From: Auanema rhodensis | Taxonomy: Eukaryota > Animalia > Nematoda | Length of the DNA stretch: 64,000 nt | NCBI GenBank assembly: GCA_964057225.1 | Contig: OZ059896.1 | Location: forward strand, 18,414,001-18,478,000 | Direction: 5' to 3' | In this document: positions 47,491-62,400 of the stretch, piece by piece | Numbering within the stretch: the first letter of the stretch is position 1 | How the letters are laid out: the number at the start of each line of letters is the position of its first letter | The notes under the pieces: generated by a model | The model's database searches: none | What the model saw: only the letters and a program-made list of their open reading frames with translations | What the model was told of the DNA's origin: nothing | Made by a program: the position numbers and the translations under genes

Positions 47491-50400
47491 TTTTTTTTCG
47501 AAAATTTACCAATGTAGTCAAGTTGATTCTCTAAAAGTATTCCCAAATTTAGAAAAAATGAAAGCAGGCAAACAAATTTTTACTGTGTCAAAAAATAACA
47601 TCAGTACTCTTGCTAGTAGCAATACTCGTAATTGTTTCGCACTCTGGACCGGCAATTGTAACATAGCAATCATTTGCTCCATATATATTTATATTTTTTT
47701 ATTCTGTATTGGTCAATAATAAGTGGTTCACTATCACCACAGATAAGATATGGTTTTATTATGAAAATGGGGACTTCTTGGAGAATAGCAATGAAAGTAA
47801 TATTATTTTAAAAATATTCAGGAATGATCATCGAGAGTTTCCATCTTTTTATAGAGAACTTGTTTATATTCAACAGTATGTTCACAAAACTGTAAGCTGG
47901 ACGGCCGGTTCAATGTTTTTTGATGTTTTTTTATTTTTATCATTCAATTTTTCGAAAATTTACCAATGTAGTCAAGTTGATTCTCTAAAAGTATTCCCAA
48001 ATTTAGAAAAAATGAAAGCAGGCAAACGAATTTCTACTGTGTCAAAGGAAAACATCAATACTTTTGCTAGCAATACTCGTGATTGTTTCGCACTCTGGAC
48101 AGGAAATTGTAATATAGCGATCATTTACTCTATATAGGTATACGATTCATTTGCTCCATATATATTTATATTTTTTTATTCTGTATTGGTCAATAATAAG
48201 TGGTTCACTATCACCACAGATAAGATATGGTTTTATTATGAAAATGGGGACTTCTTGGAGAATGGCAATGAAAGTAATATTATTTTAAAAATATTCAGGA
48301 ATGATCATCGAGAGTTTCCATCTTTTTATAGAGAACTTGTTTACATTTAACAGTATGTTCACAAAACTGTAAGCTGGACGGCCGGTTCAATGTTTTTTGA
48401 TGTTTTTTTATTTTTATCATTCAATTTTTCGAAAATTTACCAATGTAGTCAAGTTGATTCTCTAAAAGTATTCCCAAATTTAGAAAAAATGAAAGCAGGC
48501 AAACGAATTTCTACTGTGTCAAAGGAAAACATCAATACTTTTGCTAGCAATACTCGTAATTGTTTCGCACTCTGGACCGGCAATTGTAATATAGCGATCA
48601 TTTACTCTATATAGGTATACGATATATTTTGCTCCATATATGTTTATATTTTTTTATTCTGTTTTGGTCAACAATAAGTGGTTCACTATCACCACAGATA
48701 AGATATGTTTTTATTATAAAAATGGGGACTTCTTGGAGAATAGCAATGAAAGTAATATTATTTTGAAAATATTCAGGAATGATCATCGAGAGTTTCCATC
48801 TTTTTTTAGAGAACTTGTTTATATTCAACAGTATGTTCACAAAACTGTGAGCTGGACGGCCGGTTCAATGTTTTTTGATGTTTTTTTATTTTTATCATTC
48901 AATTTTTCGAAAATTTACCAATGTAGTCAAGAGAATTCTCTAGAAGTATTCACAAATTTAAAAGAAATGAAAGCAGGTTAACAAATTTTTACTGTGTCAA
49001 TGGAAAACATCAGTACTCTTGCTAGCAATACTCGTAATTGTTTCGCTTTCTGAACCGGCAATTGTAACATAACGATTTATTTGCTCTATGTATGTTTATA
49101 TTCTTTATATTGTTTAAGTCAACAACAAGCGGTTCACTATTACCACAGATAAGATATCTTTTTATTATGAAAATGAGGAATTCTTGGAGAATGGCAATAA
49201 AAGTAATATTATTTAAAAAATATTCAGGAATGATCATCGAGAGTTTCAGTTTTTTTATAAAGAACTTGTTCACATTCAACAGTATGTTCACAAATTCGTA
49301 AGCTGAACGGCCGATTCAATTTTTCAGATGTTTTTTATTTTATTATTTAATTTTTAAATATTTATGAATGTAGTCGAGAGGATTCTCTGAAAGTGTTCCC
49401 AAATTTGAAGAAAACGAAAGCAGGTTAACAAATGTTTACTGTGTCAAAGGAAAACATCAATACTTTTGCTAGCAATACTCGTAATTGTTTCGCACTCTGG
49501 ACCGGCAATTGTAATATAGCGATCATTTACTCTATATAGGTATACGATATATTTTGCTCCCTATATGTTTATATTTTTTTATTCTGTTTTGGTCAATAAT
49601 AATTGGTTCACTATCACCACAGATAAGATTTGTTTTTATTATGAAAATGGGGAATTCTTGGAGAATAGCAATAAAAGTAATATTATTTTGAAGATATTCA
49701 TTAATGATCATCGAGAGTTTCCATTTTTTTTATAGAGAACTTGTTTACATTTAACAGTATGTTCACAAAACTGTAAGCTGGACGGCCGGTTCAATATTTT
49801 TTGATGTTTTTTTATTTTTATCATTCAATTTTTCGAAAATTTACCAATGTAGTCAAGATGATTCTCTGAAAGTAATCCCAAATTTAAAAAAAATAAAAGC
49901 AGGCAAACAAATTTTTACTGTGTCGAAGGTAAACATCAGTACTTTTGCTAGCAATACTCGTGATTGTTTCGCACTCTGGACCGGAAATTGTAATATAGCG
50001 ATCATTTACTCTATATAGGTATACGATTCATTTGCTCCATATATATTTATATTTTTTTATTCTGTATTAGTCAATAATAAGTGGTTCACTATCACCACAG
50101 ATGAGATATCTTTTTATTATGAAAATGGGGAATTCTTGGAGAATAAAAATAAAATTAATATTATTTTAAAAATATTCAGGATTGATCATCGAGAGTTTCC
50201 ATCTTTTTATAGAGAACTTGTTTACATTCAACAGTATGTTCACAAAACTGTAAGTGGGACGGCTGGTTCAATGTTTTTTGATGTTTTTTTATTTTTGTCA
50301 TTCAATTTTTCGAAAATTTACCAATGTAGTCAAGTTGATTCTCTAAAAGTATTCCCAAATTTAGAAAAAATGAAAGCAGGCAAACGAATTTTTACTGTGT

Positions 50401-53400
50401 CAAAAAATAACATCAGTACTCTTGCTAGTAGCAATACTCGTAATTGTTTCGCACTCTGGACCGGCAATTGTAACATAGCAATCATTTGCTCCATATATAT
50501 TTATATTTTTTTATTCTGTATTGGTCAATAATAAGTGGTTCACTATCACCACAGATGAGATATCTTTTTATTATGAAAATGGGGAATTCTTGGAGAATAA
50601 AAATGAAATTAATATTATTTTAAAAATATTCAGGATTGATCATCGAGAGTTTTTATCTTTTTATAGAGAACTTGTTTACATTCAACAGTATGTTCACAAA
50701 ACTGTAAGCTGGACGGCCGGTTCAATGTTTTTTGATGTTTTTTCATTTTTATCATTCAATTTTTTGAAAATTTATCAATGTAGTCAAGATGATTCTCTGG
50801 AAGTAATCCCGAATTGAGAAGAAATGAAAACAGGCAAACAAATTTTTACTGTGTCAAAAAATAACATCAGTACTCTTGCTAGCAATATTCGTAAATGTTT
50901 CGCACTCTGGACCGGCAATTGTAATATAGCGATGGTTTACTCTATATAGGTATACGATTCATTTGCTCCATATATATTTATATTTTTTTATTCTGTTTTG
51001 GTCAATAATAAGTGGTTCACTATCACCACAGATAAGATATGTTTTTATTATAAAAATGGGGACTTCTTGGAGAATAGCAATGAAAGTAATATTATTTTAA
51101 AAATATTCAGGAATGATCATCGAGAGTTTCCATCTTTTTTTAGAGAACTTGTTTATATTCAACAGTATGTTCACAAAACTGTGAGCTGGACGGCCGGTTC
51201 AATGTTTTTTGATGTTTTTTTATTTTTATCATTCAATTTTTCGAAAATTTACCAATGTAGTCAAGAGAATTCTCTAGAAGTATTCACAAATTTAAAAGAA
51301 ATGAAAGCAGGTTAACAAATTTTTACTGTGTCAATGGAAAACATCAGTACTCTTGCTAGCAATACTCGTAATTGTTTCGCTTTCTGAACCGGCAATTGTA
51401 ACATAACGATTTATTTGCTCTATGTATGTTTATATTCTTTATATTGTTTAAGTCAACAACAAGCGGTTCACTATTACCACAGATAAGATATCTTTTTATT
51501 ATGAAAATGAGGAATTCTTGGAGAATGGCAATAAAAGTAATATTATTTAAAAAATATTCAGGAATGATCATCGAGAGTTTCAGTTTTTTTATAAAGAACT
51601 TGTTCACATTCAACAGTATGTTCACAAATTCGTAAGCTGAACGGCCGATTCAATTTTTCAGATGTTTTTTATTTTATTATTTAATTTTTAAATATTTATG
51701 AATGTAGTCGAGAGGATTCTCTGAAAGTGTTCCCAAATTTGAAGAAAACGAAAGCAGGTTAACAAATGTTTACTGTGTCAAAGGAAAACATCAATACTTT
51801 TGCTAGCAATACTCGTAATTGTTTCGCACTCTGGACCGGCAATTGTAATATAGCGATCATTTACTCTATATAGGTATACGATATATTTTGCTCCCTATAT
51901 GTTTATATTTTTTTATTCTGTTTTGGTCAATAATAATTGGTTCACTATCACCACAGATAAGATTTGTTTTTATTATGAAAATGGGGAATTCTTGGAGAAT
52001 AGCAATAAAAGTAATATTATTTTGAAGATATTCATTAATGATCATCGAGAGTTTCCATTTTTTTTATAGAGAACTTGTTTACATTTAACAGTATGTTCAC
52101 AAAACTGTAAGCTGGACGGCCGGTTCAATATTTTTTGATGTTTTTTTATTTTTATCATTCAATTTTTCGAAAATTTACCAATGTAGTCAAGATGATTCTC
52201 TGAAAGTAATCCCAAATTTAAAAAAAATAAAAGCAGGCAAACAAATTTTTACTGTGTCGAAGGTAAACATCAGTACTTTTGCTAGCAATACTCGTGATTG
52301 TTTCGCACTCTGGACCGGAAATTGTAATATAGCGATCATTTACTCTATATAGGTATACGATTCATTTGCTCCATATATATTTATATTTTTTTATTCTGTA
52401 TTAGTCAATAATAAGTGGTTCACTATCACCACAGATGAGATATCTTTTTATTATGAAAATGGGGAATTCTTGGAGAATAAAAATAAAATTAATATTATTT
52501 TAAAAATATTCAGGATTGATCATCGAGAGTTTCCATCTTTTTATAGAGAACTTGTTTACATTCAACAGTATGTTCACAAAACTGTAAGTGGGACGGCCGG
52601 TTCAATGTTTTTTGATGTTTTTTCATTTTTATCATTCAATTTTTCGAAAATTTACCAATGTAGTCAAGTTGATTCTCTAAAAGTATTCCCAAATTTAGAA
52701 AAAATGAAAGCAGGCAAACGAATTTTTACTGTGTCAAAAAATAACATCAGTACTCTTGCTAGTAGCAATACTCGTAATTGTTTCGCACTCTGGACCGGCA
52801 ATTGTAACATAGCAATCATTTGCTCCATATATATTTATATTTTTTTATTCTGTATTGGTCAATAATAAGTGGTTCACTATCACCACAGATGAGATATCTT
52901 TTTATTATGAAAATGGGGAATTCTTGGAGAATAAAAATGAAATTAATATTATTTTAAAAATATTCAGGATTGATCATCGAGAGTTTTTATCTTTTTATAG
53001 AGAACTTGTTTACATTCAACAGTATGTTCACAAAACTGTAAGCTGGACGGCCGGTTCAATGTTTTTTGATGTTTTTTCATTTTTATCATTCAATTTTTTG
53101 TAAATTTATCAATGTAGTCAAGATGATTCTCTGGAAGTAATCCCGAATTGAGAAGAAATGAAAACAGGCGAACAAATTTTTACTGTGTCAAAAAATAACA
53201 TCAGTACTCTTGCTAGTAGCAATACTCGTAATTGTTTCGCACTCTGGACCGGCAATTGTAACATAGCAATCATTTGCTCCATATATATTTATATTTTTTT
53301 ATTCTGTATTGGTCAATAATAAGTGGTTCACTATCACCACAGATGAGATATCTTTTTATTATGAAAATGGGGAATTCTTGGAGAATAAAAATGAAATTAA

Positions 53401-56400
53401 TATTATTTTAAAAATATTCAGGATTGATCATCGAGAGTTTTTATCTTTTTATAGAGAACTTGTTTACATTCAACAGTATGTTCACAAAACTGTAAGCTGG
53501 ACGGCCGGTTCAATGTTTTTTGATGTTTTTTCATTTTTATCATTCAATTTTTCGAAAATTTACCAATGTAGTCAAGTTGATTCTCTAAAAGTATTCCCAA
53601 ATTTAGAAAAAATGAAAGCAGGCAAACGAATTTTTACTGTGTCAAAAAATAACATCAGTACTCTTGCTAGTAGCAATACTCGTAATTGTTTCGCACTCTG
53701 GACCGGCAATTGTAACATAGCAATCATTTGCTCCATATATATTTATATTTTTTTATTCTGTATTGGTCAATAATAAGTGGTTCACTATCACCACAGATGA
53801 GATATCTTTTTATTATGAAAATGGGGAATTCTTGGAGAATAAAAATGAAATTAATATTATTTTAAAAATATTCAGGATTGATCATCGAGAGTTTTTATCT
53901 TTTTATAGAGAACTTGTTTACATTCAACAGTATGTTCACAAAACTGTAAGCTGGACGGCCGGTTCAATGTTTTTTGATGTTTTTTCATTTTTATCATTCA
54001 ATTTTTTGAAAATTTATCAATGTAGTCAAGATGATTCTCTGGAAGTAATCCCGAATTGAGAAGAAATGAAAACAGGCGAACAAATTTTTACTGTGTCAAA
54101 AAATAACATCAGTACTCTTGCTAGCAATATTCGTAATTGTTTCGCACTCTGGACCGGCAATTGTAATATAGCGATCGTTTACTCTATATAGGTATACGAT
54201 TCATTTGCTCCATATATATTTATATTTTTTTATTCTGTTTTGGTCAATAATAAGTGGTTCACTATCACCACAGATAAGATATGTTTTTATTATGAAAATG
54301 GGGACTTCTTGGAGAATAGCAATAAAAGTAATATTATTTTAAAAATATTCAGGAATGATCATCGAGAGTTTCCATCTTTTTATAGAGAACTTGTTTACAT
54401 TCAACAGTATGTTCACAAAACTGTAAGCTGGACGGCCGGTTCAATGTTTTTTGATGTTTTTTCATTTTTATCATTCAATTTTTTGAAAATTTATCAATGT
54501 AGTCAAGATGATTCTCTGGAAGTAATCCCGAATTGAGAAGAAATGAAAACAGGCAAACAAATTTTTACTGTGTCAAAAAATAACATCAGTACTCTTGCTA
54601 GTAGCAATACTCGTAATTGTTTCGCACTCTGGACCGGCACTGTAACATAGCGATCATATTCTCTATATAGGTACACGATTTATTTGCTCCATATAAGTTC
54701 GTATTTTTTTATTCTGTATTGGTCAATAATAAGTGGTTCACTATCACCACAGATAAGATATGTTTTTATTATGAAAATGGGGACTTCTTGGAGAATAGCA
54801 ATAAAAGTAATATTATTTTAAAAATATTCAGGAATGATCATCGAGAGTTTCCATCTTTTTATAGAGAACTTGTTTACATTCAACAGTATGTTCACAAAAC
54901 TGTAAGCTGGACGGCCGGTTCAATGTTTTTGATGTTTTTTTTATTTTTATCATTCAATTTTTCGAAAATTTACCAATGTAGTCAAGATGATTCTCTAAAA
55001 GTATTCCCAAATTTAGAAAAAATGAAAGCAGGCAAACAAATTTTTACTGTGTCAAAAAATAACATCAGTACTCTTGCTAGTAGCAATACTCGTGATTGTT
55101 TCGCACTCTGGACCGGCAATTGTAACATAACGATCATTTGCTCTATATATGTTTATTTTTTTCAACAATAAGTGGTTCACTATCACCACAGATAAGATAT
55201 CTTTTTGTAATAAAAATGAGGAATTCTTGGAGAATGTATTTGTTTGTATTTGATGAATCATTTGCTCCATATATATTTATATTTTTTTATTCTGTATTGG
55301 TCAATAATAAGTGGTTCACTATCACCACAGATAAGATATGGTTTTATTATGAAAATGGGGACTTCTTGGAGAATAGCAATGAAAGTAATATTATTTTAAA
55401 AATATTCAGGAATGATCATCGAGAGTTTCCATCTTTTTATACAGAACTTGTTTACATTCAACAGTATGTTCACAAATTCGTAAGCTGGACGGCCGATTCG
55501 ATTCTTCAGATGTTTTTTCATTTTTATTATTTAATTTTTAAATATTCATGAATGTAGTCAAGAGAATTCTGTAGAAGTATTCACAAATTTAAAAGAAATG
55601 AAAGCAGGTTAACAAATTTTTACTGTGTCAATGGAAAACATCAGTACTCTTGCTAGCAATACTCGTAATTGTTTCGCTTTCTGAACCGGCAATTGTAACA
55701 TAACGATCATTTGCTCTATATATGTTTATTTTTTTTATTTTGTTTTAGTCAATAATAAGCGGTTCACTATCACCACAGATAAGATATGGTTTTATTATGA
55801 AAATGGGGACTTCTTGGAGAATGGCAATAAAAGTAATATTATTTAAAAAATATTCAGGAATGATCATCGAGAGTTTCAATTTTTTTATAGAGAACTTGTT
55901 CACATTCAACAGTATGTTCACAAATTCGTAAGCTGAACGGCCGATTCAATTTTTCAGATGTTTTTTATTTTATTATTTAATTTTTAAATATTTATGAATG
56001 TAGTCGAGAGGATTCTCTGAAAGTGTTCCCAAATTTGAAAAAAACGAAAGCAGGTTAACAAATTTTTACTGTGTCAAAGGAAAATATCAGTATTTTTGCT
56101 AGCAATACTCGTGATTGTTTCGCACTCCGGACCGGCAATTGTAACATAACGATCATTTGCTCTATATATGTTTATATTTTTTTATTTTGTTTTAGTCAAT
56201 AATAAGCGGTTCACTATCACCACAGATAAGATATGTTTTGTTTATGAAAATGGGGAATTCTTGGAGAATGGCAATGAAAGTAATATTATTTTGAAAATAT
56301 TCAGGAATGATCATCAAGAGTTTCCATCTTTTTATAGAGAACTTGTTTACATTTAACAGTATGTTCACAAAATTGTTAGCTGGACGGCCAATTCAATTCT

Positions 56401-59400
56401 GCAGATGTTTTTCTATTATTATTATAATTTTTAGATATGAATCAATGTAGTCAAGATGATTCTTTGAAAGTATTCCCAAAATTAGAAGAAATGAGAGCAG
56501 GCAAACAAATGTTTACTGTGTCAAAGGAAAACATCAATACTTTTGCTAGCAATACTCGTAATTGTTTCGCACTCTGGACCGGCAATTGTAATATAGCGAT
56601 CATTTACTCTATATAGGTATACGATATATTTTGCTCCCTATATGTTTATATTTTTATATTTTGTTTTGGTCAATAATAAGGGGTTCACTATCACCACAGA
56701 TAAGATATCTTTTTATTATGAAAATGGGGAATTCTTGGAGAATAGTAATGAAATTAATATTATTTTAAAAATATTCAGGATTGATCATCGAGAGTTTCCA
56801 TCTTTTTATAGAGAACTTGTTTACATTCAACAGTATGTTCACAAAACTGTAAGCTGGACGGCCGGTTCAATGTTTTTTGATGTTTTTTCATTTTTATCAT
56901 TCAATTTTTTGAAAATTTATCAATGTAGTCAAGATGATTCTCTGGAAGTAATCCCGAATTGAGAAGAAATGAAAACAGGCAAACGAATTTTTACTGTGTC
57001 AAAAAATAACATCAGTACTCTTGCTAGCAATATTCGTAATTGTTTCGCACTCTGGACCGGCAATTGTAATATAGCGATCGTTTACTCTATATAGGTATAC
57101 GATTCATTTGCTCCATATATATTTATATTTTTTTATTCTGTTTTGGTCAATAATAAGTGGTTCACTATCACCACAGATAAGATATGTTTTTATTATGAAA
57201 ATGGGGACTTCTTGGAGAATAGCAATAAAAGTAATATTATTTTAAAAATATTCAGGAATGATCATCGAGAGTTTCCATCTTTTTATAGAGAACTTGTTTA
57301 CATTCAACAGTATGTTCACAAAGCTGTAAGCTGGACGGCCGGTTCAATGTTTTTTGATGTTTTTTCATTTTTATCATTCAATTTTTTGAAAATTTATCAA
57401 TGTAGTCAAGATGATTCTCTGGAAGTAATCCCGAATTGAGAAGAAATGAAAACAGGCAAACAAATTTTTACTGTGTCAAAAAATAACATCAGTACTCTTG
57501 CTAGTAGCAATACTCGTGATTGTTTCGCACTCTGGACCGGCAATTGTAACATAACGATCATTTGCTCTATATATTTTTATTTTTTTCAACAATAAGTGGT
57601 TCACTATCACCACAGATAAGATATCTTTTTGTAATAAAAATGAGGAATTCTTGGAGAATGTATTTGTTTGTATTTGATGAATCATTTGCTCCATATATAT
57701 TTATATTTTTTTATTCTGTATTGGTCAATAATAAGTGGTTCACTATCACCACAGATAAGATATGGTTTTATTATGAAAATGGGGACTTCTTGGAGAATAG
57801 CAATGAAAGTAATATTATTTTAAAAATATTCAGGAATGATCATCGAGAGTTTCCATCTTTTTATACAGAACTTGTTTACATTCAACAGTATGTTCACAAA
57901 TTCGTAAGCTGGACGGCCGATTCGATTCTTCAGATGTTTTTTCATTTTTATTATTTAATTTTTAAATATTCATGAATGTAGTCAAGAGAATTCTGTAGAA
58001 GTATTCACAAATTTAAAAGAAATGAAAGCAGGTTAACAAATTTTTACTGTGTCAATGGAAAACATCAGTACTCTTGCTAGCAATACTCGTAATTGTTTCG
58101 CTTTCTGAACCGGCAATTGTAACATAACGATCATTTGCTCTATATATGTTTATTTTTTTTATTTTGTTTTAGTCAATAATAAGCGGTTCACTATCACCAC
58201 AGATAAGATATGGTTTTATTATGAAAATGGGGACTTCTTGGAGAATGGCAATAAAAGTAATATTATTTAAAAAATATTCAGGAATGATCATCGAGAGTTT
58301 CAATTTTTTTATAGAGAACTTGTTCACATTCAACAGTATGTTCACAAATTCGTAAGCTGAACGGCCGATTCAATTTTTCAGATGTTTTTTATTTTATTAT
58401 TTAATTTTTAAATATTTATGAATGTAGTCGAGAGGATTCTCTGAAAGTGTTCCCAAATTTGAAAAAAACGAAAGCAGGTTAACAAATTTTTACTGTGTCA
58501 AAGGAAAATATCAGTATTTTTGCTAGCAATACTCGTGATTGTTTCGCACTCCGGACCGGCAATTGTAACATAACGATCATTTGCTCTATATATGTTTATA
58601 TTTTTTTATTTTGTTTTAGTCAATAATAAGCGGTTCACTATCACCACAGATAAGATATGTTTTGTTTATGAAAATGGGGAATTCTTGGAGAATGGCAATG
58701 AAAGTAATATTATTTTGAAAATATTCAGGAATGATCATCAAGAGTTTCCATCTTTTTATAGAGAACTTGTTTACATTTAACAGTATGTTCACAAAATTGT
58801 TAGCTGGACGGCCAATTCAATTCTGCAGATGTTTTTCTATTATTATTATAATTTTTAGATATGAATCAATGTAGTCAAGATGATTCTTTGAAAGTATTCC
58901 CAAAATTAGAAGAAATGAGAGCAGGCAAACAAATGTTTACTGTGTCAAAGGAAAACATCAATACTTTTGCTAGCAATACTCGTAATTGTTTCGCACTCTG
59001 GACCGGCAATTGTAATATAGCGATCATTTACTCTATATAGGTATACGATATATTTTGCTCCCTATATGTTTATATTTTTATATTTTGTTTTGGTCAATAA
59101 TAAGGGGTTCACTATCACCACAGATAAGATATCTTTTTATTATGAAAATGGGGAATTCTTGGAGAATAGTAATGAAATTAATATTATTTTAAAAATATTC
59201 AGGATTGATCATCGAGAGTTTCCATCTTTTTATAGAGAACTTGTTTACATTCAACAGTATGTTCACAAAACTGTAAGCTGGACGGCCGGTTCAATGTTTT
59301 TTGATGTTTTTTCATTTTTATCATTCAATTTTTTGAAAATTTATCAATGTAGTCAAGATGATTCTCTGGAAGTAATCCCGAATTGAGAAGAAATGAAAAC

Positions 59401-62400
59401 AGGCAAACGAATTTTTACTGTGTCAAAAAATAACATCAGTACTCTTGCTAGCAATATTCGTAATTGTTTCGCACTCTGGACCGGCAATTGTAATATAGCG
59501 ATCGTTTACTCTATATAGGTATACGATTCATTTGCTCCATATATATTTATATTTTTTTATTCTGTTTTGGTCAATAATAAGTGGTTCACTATCACCACAG
59601 ATAAGATATGTTTTTATTATGAAAATGGGGACTTCTTGGAGAATAGCAATAAAAGTAATATTATTTTAAAAATATTCAGGAATGATCATCGAGAGTTTCC
59701 ATCTTTTTATAGAGAACTTGTTTACATTCAACAGTATGTTCACAAAGCTGTAAGCTGGACGGCCGGTTCAATGTTTTTTGATGTTTTTTCATTTTTATCA
59801 TTCAATTTTTTGAAAATTTATCAATGTAGTCAAGATGATTCTCTGGAAGTAATCCCGAATTGAGAAGAAATGAAAACAGGCAAACAAATTTTTACTGTGT
59901 CAAAAAATAACATCAGTACTCTTGCTAGTAGCAATACTCGTGATTGTTTCGCACTCTGGACCGGCAATTGTAACATAACGATCATTTGCTCTATATATTT
60001 TTATTTTTTTCAACAATAAGTGGTTCACTATCACCACAGATAAGATATCTTTTTGTAATAAAAATGAGGAATTCTTGGAGAATGTATTTGTTTGTATTTG
60101 ATGAATCATTTGCTCCATATATATTTATATTTTTTTATTCTGTATTGGTCAATAATAAGTGGTTCACTATCACCACAGATAAGATATGGTTTTATTATGA
60201 AAATGGGGACTTCTTGGAGAATAGCAATGAAAGTAATATTATTTTAAAAATATTCAGGAATGATCATCGAGAGTTTCCATCTTTTTATACAGAACTTGTT
60301 TACATTCAACAGTATGTTCACAAATTCGTAAGCTGGACGGCCGATTCGATTCTTCAGATGTTTTTTCATTTTTATTATTTAATTTTTAAATATTCATGAA
60401 TGTAGTCAAGAGAATTCTGTAGAAGTATTCACAAATTTAAAAGAAATGAAAGCAGGTTAACAAATTTTTACTGTGTCAATGGAAAACATCAGTACTCTTG
60501 CTAGCAATACTCGTAATTGTTTCGCTTTCTGAACCGGCAATTGTAACATAACGATCATTTGCTCTATATATGTTTATTTTTTTTATTTTGTTTTAGTCAA
60601 TAATAAGCGGTTCACTATCACCACAGATAAGATATGGTTTTATTATGAAAATGGGGACTTCTTGGAGAATGGCAATAAAAGTAATATTATTTAAAAAATA
60701 TTCAGGAATGATCATCGAGAGTTTCAATTTTTTTATAGAGAACTTGTTCACATTCAACAGTATGTTCACAAATTCGTAAGCTGAACGGCCGATTCAATTT
60801 TTCAGATGTTTTTTATTTTATTATTTAATTTTTAAATATTTATGAATGTAGTCGAGAGGATTCTCTGAAAGTGTTCCCAAATTTGAAAAAAACGAAAGCA
60901 GGTTAACAAATTTTTACTGTGTCAAAGGAAAATATCAGTATTTTTGCTAGCAATACTCGTGATTGTTTCGCACTCCGGACCGGCAATTGTAACATAACGA
61001 TCATTTGCTCTATATATGTTTATATTTTTTTATTTTGTTTTAGTCAATAATAAGCGGTTCACTATCACCACAGATAAGATATGTTTTGTTTATGAAAATG
61101 GGGAATTCTTGGAGAATGGCAATGAAAGTAATATTATTTAAAAAATATTCAGGAATGATCATCGAGAGTTTCAATTTTTTTATAGAGAACTTGTTCACAT
61201 TCAACAGTATGTTCACAAATTCGTAAGCTGAACGGCCGATTCAATTTTTCAGATGTTTTTTATTTTATTATTTAATTTTTAAATATTTATGAATGTAGTC
61301 GAGAGGATTCTCTGAAAGTATTCCCAAAATTAGAAGAAATGAGAGCAGGCAAACAAATGTTTACTGTGTCAAAGGAAAACATCAATACTTTTGCTAGCAA
61401 TACTCGTAATTGTTTCGCACTCTGGACCGGCAATTGTAATATAGCGATCATTTACTCTATATAGGTATACGATATATTTTGCTCCCTATATGTTTATATT
61501 TTTTTATTCTGTTTTGGTCAATAATAATTGGTTCACTATCACCACAGATAAGATTTGTTTTTATTATGAAAATGGGGAATTCTTGGAGAATAGCAATAAA
61601 AGTAATATTATGTTGAAGATATTTAGGAATGATCATCGAGAGTTTCCATCTTTTTATAGAGAACTTGTTTACATTCAACAGTATGTTCACAAAACTGTAA
61701 GCTGGACGGCCGGTTCAATGTTTTTTGATGTTTTTTCATTTTTATCATTCAATTTTTTGAAAATTTATCAATGTAGTCAAGATGATTCTCTGGAAGTAAT
61801 CCCGAATTGAGAAGAAATGAAAACAGGCAAACGAATTTTTACTGTGTCAAAAAATAACATCAGTACTCTTGCTAGCAATATTCGTAATTGTTTCGCACTC
61901 TGGACCGGCAATTGTAATATAGCGATCGTTTACTCTATATAGGTATACGATTCATTTGCTCCATATATATTTATATTTTTTTATTCTGTTTTGGTCAATA
62001 ATAAGTGGTTCACTATCACCACAGATAAGATATGTTTTTATTATGAAAATGGGGACTTCTTGAAGAATAGCAATAAAAGTAATATTATTTTAAAAATATT
62101 CAGGAATGATCATCGAGAGTTTCCATCTTTTTATAGAGAACTTGTTTACATTCAACAGTATGTTCACAAAGCTGTAAGCTGGACGGCCGGTTCAATGTTT
62201 TTTGATGTTTTTTCATTTTTATCATTCAATTTTTTGAAAATTTATCAATGTAGTCAAGATGATTCTCTGGAAGTAATCCCGAATTGAGAAGAAATGAAAA
62301 CAGGCAAACAAATTTTTACTGTGTCAAAAAATAACATCAGTACTCTTGCTAGTAGCAATACTCGTAATTGTTTCGCACTCTGGACCGGCACTGTAACATA